In this document: piece by piece, positions 46,230-55,300 of the stretch
Layout of the letters: every line of letters starts with the position of its first letter
Position numbering within the stretch: the first letter of the stretch is position 1
Origin: an uncultured Candidatus Saccharibacteria bacterium
GTDB lineage: Bacteria; Patescibacteriota; Saccharimonadia; Saccharimonadales; JAGQNJ01
Length of the DNA stretch: 64,000 nucleotides
Direction: 5' to 3'
NCBI GenBank assembly: GCA_964584895.1
Contig: CAZPAW010000002.1
Location: 130,748-194,747 of the forward strand
Position numbers and translations under genes: made by a program
The notes under the pieces: generated by a model
Told to the model about the DNA's origin: nothing
Databases searched by the model: none
Seen by the model: only the letters and a program-made list of their open reading frames with translations

Positions 46230-47153
46230 TTAGTTTTTGTTTAAAATTCTTCTAACCCGTAGAGGTATGAAATTTATTGCCTCATCTGCAGATGCGACTA
46301 CAGTTGGAGCATGTTTTTGCGAATTAACAATACTAGATTTATGATTTGGGTAAACAATTTTTAAGTGTTCGTTAACAATATGGCGATCTAAATACTGGTC
46401 TTTAGCTGTAGCGATACTTTCAAGCCGAACCGGCACTTTTTTTGAACATATATCCAAATGCAATATTTGATTTAATGTATAAAAATGGGTCCTCATATCA
46501 TTAGTCTGCCACAAAATGATTTCAAAATTAATTCTTTTTTGAACCTCAGAGGGATTATCTGTTTTGTTTTTTCTCTCGCTTGATTCGAGAAGAAAACGTA
46601 GTAATGGAGTTATCTTTAACAGGAGTTCTAGAATTTTTGCAACAAGTCGAAACGACAGCACTCTAGTGAGTCCTCGTAAAAATTGTTTTTTCTTATGAGA
46701 ATAGACTATATCTGAATGATGCAGGAATCCGATACCTCCCACTACTAAATCAACTTGAGACGCTACACTTGGGTATTTTTGCAACATCCTAGTGACAATC
46801 ACAAAACCTAGAGACACCGTTACTATTGTTATTGGCTTTGATCTGTATCTAAGTTTTATATATGCTGCTAGATAATCTGCAAGATTGTCTATAGTTGGCT
46901 TAAGCCCGATTTTATAAAAGCTATCCATTCCACCAAAACCTGGCATGTCAGCGATTGTGACAGATCCATATTTATTAAGCGCCCTTATAAAACCCTCCAT
47001 CCTTTCAATACTTGCATGATGCCCATACACAATTAAGATTTCTTTCGATTTATTTTTTGGGGCAGGTAATCGTAGCTCACGACCATGTAAACCATTGATT
47101 GATAGCGAGGTAATTGAATCGCTGATATCCTTTTCTGCTTCAAGTTTTTTCAT
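46230..47153 (-). CDS. putative alpha/beta hydrolase
   Basis: 307 aa. Has ...ILIVYGHHAS... and a nucleophile-elbow-like ...TVSLGF.... Weak assignment. Confidence 0.45.
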   Translation of the reverse strand: MKKLEAEKDISDSITSLSINGLHGRELRLPAPKNKSKEILIVYGHHASIERMEGFIRALNKYGSVTIADMPGFGGMDSFYKIGLKPTIDNLADYLAAYIKLRYRSKPITIVTVSLGFVIVTRMLQKYPSVASQVDLVVGGIGFLHHSDIVYSHKKKQFLRGLTRVLSFRLVAKILELLLKITPLLRFLLESSERKNKTDNPSEVQKRINFEIILWQTNDMRTHFYTLNQILHLDICSKKVPVRLESIATAKDQYLDRHIVNEHLKIVYPNHKSSIVNSQKHAPTVVASADEAINFIPLRVRRILNKN

Positions 47154-47244
47154 ATTTACTTAGCTTATTTTCCTTAAAAATTTATATATAGATTACGACA
47201 AATAGTAAATACGTATTTTTGATATAATTAATATATCTGTTGAT

Positions 47245-47982
47245 ATGAAAATTAAATTTATTACATTACTAATTATACTATCAATCATATTAGTATATAT
47301 TGCTTCTAACTTATCTAAAAATGACTCAAATACGACACAAAGAGAATATAAACCAAACCATGCATCTCATTCTTTAACAGATGGTGTCAAACTTTCTACG
47401 ACGGACCCAGATAGTCTTTGGGTGATAGTCAATAAAAAAAACCCTCTCCCAAAAGATTTTGAACCAAAAAATCTTTCAAATATATCCGATATCAAAACTA
47501 TCAATGTTGATGAAGCACAGTTAAGGCGACAAGTACTAACGCCACTGAACGAAATGATAAAGAGCGCAAACAATGATCGCCTAAAAATAATCATCATCAG
47601 CGGTTATAGGTCTTATAATCTACAATCGATTATATACAACGCAAATGTAGCTAAGGATGGTCAAGATAAAGCTGATGCGACAAGCGCAAGACCTGGATAC
47701 AGTGAGCATCAGACTGGTCTAGCTGTTGATGTTGGTGGAGCGAATCGCAAATGTGAGCTTAAAGAATGTTTTGGGACTACAGATGAAGGTAAGTGGCTTA
47801 TCCAAAATGCGTATAAATATGGTTTTGTAATTAGATACCAAAAAGATACACAAAAAATAACTGGCTATAGTTATGAGCCATGGCATTTAAGATACGTCGG
47901 CAAGCAGTTGGCAAGAGCTCTCCAAACCACTAATCTCACAATTGAAGAATATTTCGACTATCCACCGGCAGAGGATTATTAG
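47245..47982 (+). CDS. M15B (VanY-type) D-alanyl-D-alanine carboxypeptidase, membrane-anchored
   Basis: Contains ...SGYRSYNLQ..., ...SEHQTGLAVD... and ...EPWHLRYVG.... Confidence 0.88.
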   Translation: MKIKFITLLIILSIILVYIASNLSKNDSNTTQREYKPNHASHSLTDGVKLSTTDPDSLWVIVNKKNPLPKDFEPKNLSNISDIKTINVDEAQLRRQVLTPLNEMIKSANNDRLKIIIISGYRSYNLQSIIYNANVAKDGQDKADATSARPGYSEHQTGLAVDVGGANRKCELKECFGTTDEGKWLIQNAYKYGFVIRYQKDTQKITGYSYEPWHLRYVGKQLARALQTTNLTIEEYFDYPPAEDY

Positions 47983-48872
47983 TCAATCAAGGACTGTAGC
48001 CCAACCCAAACATATTCCCAAGGTTCTGGTTCTGGACCCTGCATATCGGCGCCACTTGGGTAACTTGGTAAAATGCCTACCGATTTTGCAATTTTATAGT
48101 TGTCTTTTTTTAACCAATCAAAACAAACAGTGTATTTAAATGATTGCTCTCCGTTACCACATATAAAGTCCATCGTATAACCATTATGGTGTCTTGAAAA
48201 ACCTGGTGGGGCAGTTGATTTCAACACGGCAGTTATTTGATCATCAAATTGGCCGCTAACAATAGCATCAAACTTTACTCCTGCCGCTGTGAGCCTTGAA
48301 AGAAAAATATCCTTTTGTAGATCTACCGACCTATAACCTGAATTTAAACGTAGCGGAATACCTTCAGCTTTTGCTTTTTGCTTTAGTGCGTTCCACGACA
48401 TAAATGCCTTAGGTTGTAAAAGATCATCCTCGCCTAAATTAGGATCATCAATCTTGACAATTGGTAGTTTTGGTATTGCTCGTAGTTCATAGCCTCGACT
48501 TTCGGCAATCGTTACAATTCTCTTGTCAGCATTTTCAATGCCAGTAATTACAGGGGGCGTAATTAACTGTTCTGTATTTGGATAAACAATGTCACTATAT
48601 AAATTATGGATTTGTTCGCCATTAAGATATTCAAAATTAGTGTCGCTGACTCCAGCAATGTTTGCAGAATCGACTTCGACGCTAGTAGCTAGTGTCGCAT
48701 TGCTATCCACAGAATCTAGAGCCGTTCTTTTGTAAGAATTAGCTAAAGAAATAAACAAAATACTAATAATGATCAGGCCTACGATGATTATCAACGGTCG
48801 GATTTTAGACCTTTGTTTTTTTACAGCTAATCGCGATTTGTGATGTGTAGGTTTTGGTTCTATAATTCGCAT
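47979..48872 (-). CDS. M15-family peptidase (VanY-like, divergent), membrane-anchored
   Basis: Contains ...SGYRSVDLQ..., ...SRHHNGYTMDF... and ...EPWEYVWVG.... Confidence 0.8.
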   Translation of the reverse strand: MRIIEPKPTHHKSRLAVKKQRSKIRPLIIIVGLIIISILFISLANSYKRTALDSVDSNATLATSVEVDSANIAGVSDTNFEYLNGEQIHNLYSDIVYPNTEQLITPPVITGIENADKRIVTIAESRGYELRAIPKLPIVKIDDPNLGEDDLLQPKAFMSWNALKQKAKAEGIPLRLNSGYRSVDLQKDIFLSRLTAAGVKFDAIVSGQFDDQITAVLKSTAPPGFSRHHNGYTMDFICGNGEQSFKYTVCFDWLKKDNYKIAKSVGILPSYPSGADMQGPEPEPWEYVWVGLQSLID

Positions 48873-48945
48873 AACATTTACTATCTTGCTTTAGTTTATC
48901 ATCTGATTGTATATTAACAGATAATAGGCTACAATTTAAGCGTTA

Positions 48946-48981
48946 TATTTCGGGATCGTCTAATGTGAGAAAGTCCCGATG
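48946..48981 (+). repeat. tRNA-Gln-derived truncated copy (acceptor/D-arm 5' part fused to acceptor 3' part)
   Basis: TATTTCGGGATCGTCTAATG (48946-48965) is identical to 49149-49168. AGTCCCGA (48972-48979) is identical to tRNA-Gln 49213-49220. TCGGGA/TCCCGA can pair. Confidence 0.6.
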
Positions 48982-49151
48982 GACTTTCGCAAGACCGGAA
49001 GCACGGATGACGAAAGTCACCGAGCTGAGGTGGGGTCGAGAATTTTTTCAAAGAAAAAATATCGTGACAGGACATCTTATCATTAGACATAACAATTATA
49101 AGCAGAAGATTACCAAGTAATCTGTCACCATTAACAATTAGGTTTTAGTAT

Positions 49152-49225
49152 TTCGGGATCGTCTAATGGTAGGACACTGGTTTTTGGTACCAGCAATCTA
49201 GGTTCAAATCCTAGTCCCGAAGCCA
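49152..49225 (+). tRNA. tRNA-Gln (anticodon TTG), CCA encoded
   Basis: Acceptor TTCGGGA/TCCCGAA (U1-A72), D arm GTCT..GGAC, anticodon arm CTGGT-TTTTGGT-ACCAG, T arm CTAGG-TTCAAAT-CCTAG. Confidence 0.9.
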
Positions 49226-49271
49226 TCCTTCATCGCCAATCCCTTGAGTGGTTAGCTATGAAGGATTTTTT
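49225..49271 (+). terminator. terminator-like hairpin after tRNA-Gln
   Basis: ATCCTTCAT (49225-49233) pairs with ATGAAGGAT (49258-49266) and is followed by T6. The loop is large (24 nt). Confidence 0.5.
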
Positions 49272-49470
49272 CGTTCTATGGACTTGAACTCTGGTCGTAA
49301 ATAGGCTAAGAAGCCAAAAATTATTGCTAACTGTAAAAAATGCTAGTAAAGAAAGCTTATTTCGGCCAATATATTTTGATAAGTTGAAAGAATGATGTGA
49401 AATTCTACACAATCACAATATTTAACACCTTACAAATCATCATAGTGCTTATGCTTTACTACCAACATTA

Positions 49471-49500
49471 TTGACTGTTTGTAAATATGAGGCTTATAGT
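49471..49500 (+). promoter_or_regulatory. candidate promoter of the Gly/Asn-rich protein-sortase pair
   Basis: TTGACT (49471-49476), an 18-nt spacer, then TATAGT (49495-49500). Confidence 0.4.
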
Positions 49501-49530
49501 GAAGGTACAAATAAATTTAAGGAGGGTTAT

Positions 49531-50097
49531 ATGAATAAATTAAAGGTACTATTGGGTTCAAGCGTAGCATCGTTTGCACTAGTAGCAGGTTTGACTTTGC
49601 CGGCTGCAGCTGCAACACAAACGTGTAGTGTGGAAGATGTGACACTTGGTGTTGCAGGTTGTCTTCAAAACAGCACAGAAGTAAACCAAGATAGCCCAAC
49701 AAACGAAAGTGGCAATCAAGCTACTCAGGGTGGAACAGTTGTTTCTGGAGATTGTAATGTACTAAATAGTTCTGTCTACGCACAGGGTGGTAACGGTGGA
49801 AATGGCGGGAACGGAAATGGTGGAGTAGCAGGAGCTGGTGGAGCAGGTGGAAGCGCAACTGCATCACAAAACATCGAAGCTGACTGTAGCACTACAAACG
49901 TAACAAATGTTACAAAAACTGTAGCAGCAGAAAAAGCACCAGTAGTTGCACAAGTTACTAGCGCACCAAAAGGTGGTGTACACGCAGGGTCCGGTAGCAC
50001 TGCAACAAATAGTTCAAGCGCAGTAGCACTAGTTGGTCTTACTGGATCACTAAGTGTTGTTGGACTTGGCCTTAGATTCCTAAAAGGGGAACTATAA
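49531..50097 (+). CDS. secreted Gly/Asn-rich protein with C-terminal hydrophobic anchor and basic tail (sortase-substrate-like, no LPXTG)
   Basis: ATG 49531 lies 7 nt after AAGGAGGG. Signal peptide MNKLKVLLGSSVASFALVAGLTLPAAAA, low-complexity ...QGGNGGNGGNGNGGVAGAGGAGGS..., and C-terminus ...AVALVGLTGSLSVVGLGLRFLKGEL. Confidence 0.7.
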   Translation: MNKLKVLLGSSVASFALVAGLTLPAAAATQTCSVEDVTLGVAGCLQNSTEVNQDSPTNESGNQATQGGTVVSGDCNVLNSSVYAQGGNGGNGGNGNGGVAGAGGAGGSATASQNIEADCSTTNVTNVTKTVAAEKAPVVAQVTSAPKGGVHAGSGSTATNSSSAVALVGLTGSLSVVGLGLRFLKGEL

Positions 50098-50119
50098 GTT
50101 ATAGAGTTAAAGGAGTAGT

Positions 50120-51055
50120 TTGTTGAGTAGGACAACGAAATTCAAACAATTTAAACGGCGGCTAGGCAGAAACTGGCTGCCGTTTAATTTACTCTACAAG
50201 TCTAGAATTTCTGATAAAAAAACTAGCCGAGTTTCGCTCAAACAAATAGCTCTCAGCAGACGTTCGTATTTACTAATTTATCTTCGTAGCAACAGAACAA
50301 CTAAGGCGAGTCGTAAAAAATATTTTTTGACTATTCCTATTATTAGAATTTATGGTTCAAACCTAAAAGAGATTGATTTTCAGCTAAAAAAAGTTAAAAA
50401 ATCTAAAAAACGAAAAACAACAATACGAAAAATCCAACTCAGTAAATATAGTTATGCAAAAATACTAATTATCATTGGGGTTGTTGGGGTTGGCGTAACC
50501 TTATTATCGCTCAAGAATGAGTCTGTCCCAGCAAACTTTAGCACAACATCGTCAGTTATCCCCGTACAGACAGAAAAACCAATAAAAGATCAAACATCAT
50601 ACCTTGATAAATCAAAACCAATAAGTCTTAAAATCCCAGCAATCGGTGTATCAAGCGAAGTAATTACTGTCGGCAAATTACCAGACAATTCAATGCAAAC
50701 TCCAAACAACGGCACACAGGTTGGCTGGTACAAATACAGCCCATCTCCGGGCCAAATAGGCCCATCTGTAATCGTTGGACATGTTGACTGGATAAATGGC
50801 CCTGCAGTTTTTTGGAGCCTAAAGGATTTAAAATCTGGGGATATTATCAAAGTAAAACGCCAAGATAAAAAAGTTGTTGAATACAAGGTTGATAAAATCC
50901 AACAGTTTAGCCAAGATAATTTCCCGACAAAAGCAGTTTACGGAAACACGGACACACCAACACTTCGTTTAATAACTTGTAGCGGTACTTTTGATAGTTC
51001 TACATATCAATACGACAAAAATATTGTGGTGTTCGCTAAAGCAATCAATATTTAA
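50120..51055 (+). CDS. sortase-family transpeptidase with about 110-aa basic N-terminal region
   Basis: TTG start after AAGGAG. TM segment ...ILIIIGVVGVGVTLL..., catalytic His ...SVIVGHVDW... and Cys ...PTLRLITCSG.... Confidence 0.85.
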   Translation: MLSRTTKFKQFKRRLGRNWLPFNLLYKSRISDKKTSRVSLKQIALSRRSYLLIYLRSNRTTKASRKKYFLTIPIIRIYGSNLKEIDFQLKKVKKSKKRKTTIRKIQLSKYSYAKILIIIGVVGVGVTLLSLKNESVPANFSTTSSVIPVQTEKPIKDQTSYLDKSKPISLKIPAIGVSSEVITVGKLPDNSMQTPNNGTQVGWYKYSPSPGQIGPSVIVGHVDWINGPAVFWSLKDLKSGDIIKVKRQDKKVVEYKVDKIQQFSQDNFPTKAVYGNTDTPTLRLITCSGTFDSSTYQYDKNIVVFAKAINI

Positions 51056-51694
51056 TTAAGCGGATGGCGAATTAGTATTTATTTTTCTAACTGTTTTTTT
51101 GATTTTTTTACCTTTATCATCAATATCATAAATTAATATTTCACCAAAAATCATTTCTACATTTTCTATATCATGGTCAGATATAGAATCTATATATTTA
51201 ACGAGCGACCTAATTGAATTACCGTGGGCAACCAGCAAGATATTCTTACCATTTGTTATCTCATTTAGCACAGCGCTTTTATAAAAGGGTATAACTCGAT
51301 CATAGACCATCTTTAGGGTCTCGCCATTTGGGACTGGGTGATTCCAACCTCTACGAATCGCCTGAAATTCTTTTTCTCCAACTTGCTTTTGTACTTCCCA
51401 TTTGTTTTTACCGGTATAATCACCGTAATCACGTTCGTTTAATGCGCTGGATCGTTCATAGGCAACATCATACTGCGATGAAGCATCTAAAATACCCTCT
51501 AATGTTTCTAGCGCTCGTACTTGCTCTGAACAAAATGCTTTGTCGATCTTAATATCTTTTAGCTTTTCACCAAGCAACCTAGCTTGCTTGAATCCATTTT
51601 TTGATAAATGGACGTCAGTCGAGCCAGTCCAAACTCCCCGAGCGTTCCATTCGGACTCACCGTGTCGAACTATGATTAATTTTCCATTAGCCAT
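51056..51694 (-). CDS. gpmA: 2,3-bisphosphoglycerate-dependent phosphoglycerate mutase
   Basis: Contains ...LIIVRHGESEWNARGVWTG... and ...LLVAHGNSIR.... Confidence 0.9.
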   Translation of the reverse strand: MANGKLIIVRHGESEWNARGVWTGSTDVHLSKNGFKQARLLGEKLKDIKIDKAFCSEQVRALETLEGILDASSQYDVAYERSSALNERDYGDYTGKNKWEVQKQVGEKEFQAIRRGWNHPVPNGETLKMVYDRVIPFYKSAVLNEITNGKNILLVAHGNSIRSLVKYIDSISDHDIENVEMIFGEILIYDIDDKGKKIKKTVRKINTNSPSA

Positions 51695-52703
51695 TACTAA
51701 CTATATTAACAGGTTTGTTAGCCAAAAATCCTTTTATGTTGTTTAGAGTTGTACTATTTATTCGTCCTATAGCCTCAACAGTATTATAGGCATTGTGACT
51801 GGTGATAATAACGTTAGGCATTGTTTTTAATATATTAATCTCAAGCGCATGTTCCAACGAGATATTAGATGGCCTACCACTAGTAATTAATGTTTCTTCT
51901 TCATCTAGATCGAGCAGTTTTTCGTCCTCTAATACATCAAGCCCGGCCCCAGCCAGCTTATTATCTTTCAAGGCTCTAACTAGTTGCTTGGTATCGACAA
52001 GCTCGCCTCGAGCTGTATTGATCAAAATCGATGATGGTTTGAGAGCATCGAATTGAGCCTTTCCGATTAAATGCTTTGTGCCTGGAGTCAGTGGAGTATG
52101 CAAAGTAACAATATCGCTTTCACTCAATAAGTGATTAAGTGAGCATTTTTCACACCCCATTCGCTCAACAACAGAGCCGTCTACATAAGGATCAAAGATG
52201 TTGACTTTCATACCAAAAGCCTTGGCTACCCGCGCAACGTGCCGTCCAATCCGACCAGCACCAATAACCCCTATAGTTTTTCCGTGCAAATCATTGCCGA
52301 GTATTAAATCACTATCGATATCTTCAGTCTGAACTTGATTAATGGCATCTCTTAACCTTCTAGTCATCATTAAAATTAACGCAAACGTATATTCAGTTAC
52401 GGTATATTCACCATAAGTAGGGACGTAGGATATTACAATTCCTTTTTTTTGTGCTGAATCAACATCGATATTATTAATACCCGTAGACCGAGCGGCAATA
52501 AAACGAAGACGAGCAAAACGACCAATCACCTGCGCCGTCATTTTGCTAGACACAAAGACCGAAACAACATCAGCATCAGTCACAATATTATTTAACGACA
52601 AAGGCTTATCCTCATGAATAACCTGATGATTTTTTTCAAAAACTGAAAATGCCTTACGTTCAATATCTGTCGAATCGTACACCACAATTTTTGCCATAAC
52701 CAC
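51687..52703 (-). CDS. D-isomer-specific 2-hydroxyacid dehydrogenase (substrate not assignable)
   Basis: NAD-binding ...GVIGAGRIGRHVARVAKAFGMKV..., plus ...INTARGELVD... and ...ITSHNAYNT.... Confidence 0.85.
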   Translation of the reverse strand: MVMAKIVVYDSTDIERKAFSVFEKNHQVIHEDKPLSLNNIVTDADVVSVFVSSKMTAQVIGRFARLRFIAARSTGINNIDVDSAQKKGIVISYVPTYGEYTVTEYTFALILMMTRRLRDAINQVQTEDIDSDLILGNDLHGKTIGVIGAGRIGRHVARVAKAFGMKVNIFDPYVDGSVVERMGCEKCSLNHLLSESDIVTLHTPLTPGTKHLIGKAQFDALKPSSILINTARGELVDTKQLVRALKDNKLAGAGLDVLEDEKLLDLDEEETLITSGRPSNISLEHALEINILKTMPNVIITSHNAYNTVEAIGRINSTTLNNIKGFLANKPVNIVSNG

Positions 52704-52752
52704 TATTATGCCACAGTTGTTCTATCAACTCCACTCAGGCATAATAGTACTT

Positions 52753-54018
52753 ATGTCTAAACCAAAAATAGCAAACATTAAATCAAGGATGATTTTTGAT
52801 TCTCGCGGTAACCCTACAATCGAAACTGATGTAATCCTTCAGTCTGGAGAAATTGGGCGGGCAGCGGTCCCATCTGGAGCTTCTACCGGTTCACACGAAG
52901 CCCTAGAACTAAGAGATGGAGGAAATAAATTTGGTGGGCTAGGAGTTAACAACGCAATTGCAAACGTCGTAAATAAAATCAAACCTTTCATTATTAATCT
53001 CAACCCAACAGATCAAGAAAAACTAGATCAAATAATGATAGATATTGACGGAACGAGCGGAAAATCTAGCTTAGGCGCAAATGCTATGTTGTCAGTATCA
53101 CTGGCAGCAGCCAAAGCTTCTGCAATATATACAAAACAACCTTTTTATACATACATAGCCACACTGGCAGACAATAATCACAAAGACTTAAAACTACCTA
53201 TTCCAATGGTTAATGTTATAAACGGTGGCAAGCATGCTGAAGGTGCGTCCGACTTTCAGGAGTACATGATAGTTCCATCAGGGCGTGGTAGCCTAAATGA
53301 ACAACTTCAAGCCTGTAGTGAGATATTCCATGCATTAAAATCCGAATTATCTAGGCGTCATTTTCAGACTACGGTAGGCGATGAAGGGGGGTTTGCACCA
53401 AAATTAGATGGTGGCAACCAAGCTGTCTTTGAGCTGTTATTAAGTTCAATAGAGCACGCAAAATATAATGCAGGCAAAGACATATTATTGGGGCTTGACG
53501 TTGCAGCAAGCGAATTCTATGCAGATAAAAAATACAATCTAGCATCAGAAAACCGAATTCTTCAATCGCATGAGTTATCCCAATATTACGGCCAATTAAT
53601 AAACGATTTTCCGATTTTTTCTATAGAAGACCCTTTTGCTGAAAACGATTTCGAAGCGTGGGAAAAATTTACGACAGATTACTCTTCTGCGATTCAAATA
53701 GTTGGAGACGATTTACTGGTAACTAATCCAGCCTTGATTAATGAATCAATTCGTTTGCAACGCGCAAATTCATTACTCGTAAAGCCTAATCAGGTAGGCA
53801 CCTTGACTGAAACAATAGAAGCGACAAAACTAGCAAAAAAAGCAGGCTGGACTACTATCATGTCGCATCGATCAGGCGAAACAGAAGATACAACAATCGC
53901 ACATCTAGCAGTCGGATTACAAACAGACTACATAAAGTCAGGCTCAATGAGCCGTAGTGAACGACTTGCGAAATATAACGAACTACTCAGGATATCCGAA
54001 CAAATCAATGATAAATAA
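52753..54018 (+). CDS. eno: enolase
   Basis: Begins MSKPKIANIKSRMIFDSRGNPTIETDV... and contains ...SHRSGETEDTTIAHLAV.... Start set at ATG 52753 rather than the tracked 52708. Confidence 0.96.
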   Translation: MSKPKIANIKSRMIFDSRGNPTIETDVILQSGEIGRAAVPSGASTGSHEALELRDGGNKFGGLGVNNAIANVVNKIKPFIINLNPTDQEKLDQIMIDIDGTSGKSSLGANAMLSVSLAAAKASAIYTKQPFYTYIATLADNNHKDLKLPIPMVNVINGGKHAEGASDFQEYMIVPSGRGSLNEQLQACSEIFHALKSELSRRHFQTTVGDEGGFAPKLDGGNQAVFELLLSSIEHAKYNAGKDILLGLDVAASEFYADKKYNLASENRILQSHELSQYYGQLINDFPIFSIEDPFAENDFEAWEKFTTDYSSAIQIVGDDLLVTNPALINESIRLQRANSLLVKPNQVGTLTETIEATKLAKKAGWTTIMSHRSGETEDTTIAHLAVGLQTDYIKSGSMSRSERLAKYNELLRISEQINDK

Positions 54019-54652
54019 CAAATTTATCACAAAACGTGAAGAAGGTTTTACGATTATTGAATTACTGATCGTTATAATTGTTATCGCAATTCTTGCTACT
54101 ATCACATATGTTGTCTATAAAAACATCACTGGCAAAGCTCAAGCGACTGTTACAAAAAATATAGTTCAGCAATACACAAAAGGATTAGCTGGCTACAAAG
54201 CAGAGCATGATTCATATCCAAATTTTGATGAATATATGGCTCAAGAATTTAAAGCAGGAGTATGTCTTGGCACGGGATACGAAGGTAATGGCTGTGGGTC
54301 AAACTTTGGCGAGGGTGGAGAAAGTGATGACTTTAACCAACAAATGAAGCCTTACATCGGCAACGTACCAGATATCAGACCTCATACATCATCATATTAC
54401 TTTAATGAAATTGACATTTCACTAACAGGAATAATATTGCAACATTTCGATATAGATAGCCAGACATTAAATGGAGAACCAGTTGACGCATACGCAATAA
54501 CCTACGCTCTGGACGAACCTGACGCCACCTGTATAGGAGGAGAGGTATTGAAAGTCGGCTCGGTGCCTGGCACAGATTACGTTACCGGTAACTTTAAAAA
54601 TACTTTAAATGATGGCAAGAGAACAGGATGCTTTGTTTTGCTGCCCCAATAA
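54008..54652 (+). CDS. type IV pilin-like protein (prepilin-type N-terminal cleavage/methylation domain)
   Basis: Begins MINNKFITKREEGFTIIELLIVIIVIAILATI.... ATG 54008 overlaps the eno 3' end by 11 nt. Confidence 0.85.
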   Translation: MINNKFITKREEGFTIIELLIVIIVIAILATITYVVYKNITGKAQATVTKNIVQQYTKGLAGYKAEHDSYPNFDEYMAQEFKAGVCLGTGYEGNGCGSNFGEGGESDDFNQQMKPYIGNVPDIRPHTSSYYFNEIDISLTGIILQHFDIDSQTLNGEPVDAYAITYALDEPDATCIGGEVLKVGSVPGTDYVTGNFKNTLNDGKRTGCFVLLPQ

Positions 54653-54692
54653 ATTCTTATTCTATTTTGCAATAAATTGATACAATTATTAA

Positions 54693-55298
54693 ATGGCGGA
54701 CATGAGTAAATTAACTTTAAAACAGATCATTCCATATTTGTTAATCATTTTTGGTGTCGTTGGATTATTTGCATCATTTGTACTGACAATGGAAAAAATG
54801 AGCTTGCTCGCAAACCCAAATTACCAACCAAGCTGCAATCTCAATCCAGTACTTAGTTGTGGATCAATAATTCGGACAGATGAAGCCTCAGCATTTGGCT
54901 TTCCAAATCCATTCATTGGTCTAATCGGTTATGCGGTAGTGATAACTATCGGGGTAGGCATTCTGGCGGGGGCGACATATAAAAAATGGTTCTGGAGGGG
55001 TCTAAATATTGGCGCATTATTTGGTTTTATTTTTATTCATTGGTTGTTTTATCAAAGCCTATACCATATTGGGGCTTTATGTATTTACTGTATGATAGTT
55101 TGGGCAATTACGGCGCCGCTGTTTTGGTATATCACCCTTTATAACCTTCGAGAAGAAAATATATCCACCCCAAATAAGCTAAAGTCCATCGTTGATTTTG
55201 CTAACAAACACCATCTTGATATATTAATAACCTGGTATCTACTGATATTACTGGCAATAGTTACCAACTTTTGGTATTACTGGAAAACTTTGATATAA
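54693..55298 (+). CDS. vitamin K epoxide reductase (VKOR) family protein
   Basis: Loop cysteines ...PSCNLNPVLSCGS..., active-site CIYC in a TM helix, and about 5 TM segments. Confidence 0.85.
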   Translation: MADMSKLTLKQIIPYLLIIFGVVGLFASFVLTMEKMSLLANPNYQPSCNLNPVLSCGSIIRTDEASAFGFPNPFIGLIGYAVVITIGVGILAGATYKKWFWRGLNIGALFGFIFIHWLFYQSLYHIGALCIYCMIVWAITAPLFWYITLYNLREENISTPNKLKSIVDFANKHHLDILITWYLLILLAIVTNFWYYWKTLI

Positions 55299-55300
55299 GG

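Noticed and set aside
48985-49045. Possible small SRP (4.5S) RNA because of CCGGAAGCA and a GNRA hairpin
   Set aside because: The GGAAGCA-like string is on the wrong side of the tetraloop relative to SRP domain IV, and no matching symmetric-loop partner was found.
49785-49852. Repetitive GGTGGx/AACGG tract
   Set aside because: It is an in-frame low-complexity (Gly/Asn) coding repeat inside a supported CDS, not a CRISPR array or a non-coding tandem repeat.
49776-50135. 119-aa minus-strand ORF opposite the Gly/Asn-rich protein gene
   Set aside because: It is the complement of the Gly-rich GGN tract, read as Pro/Ala-rich. The plus-strand gene has the SD, signal peptide and promoter.
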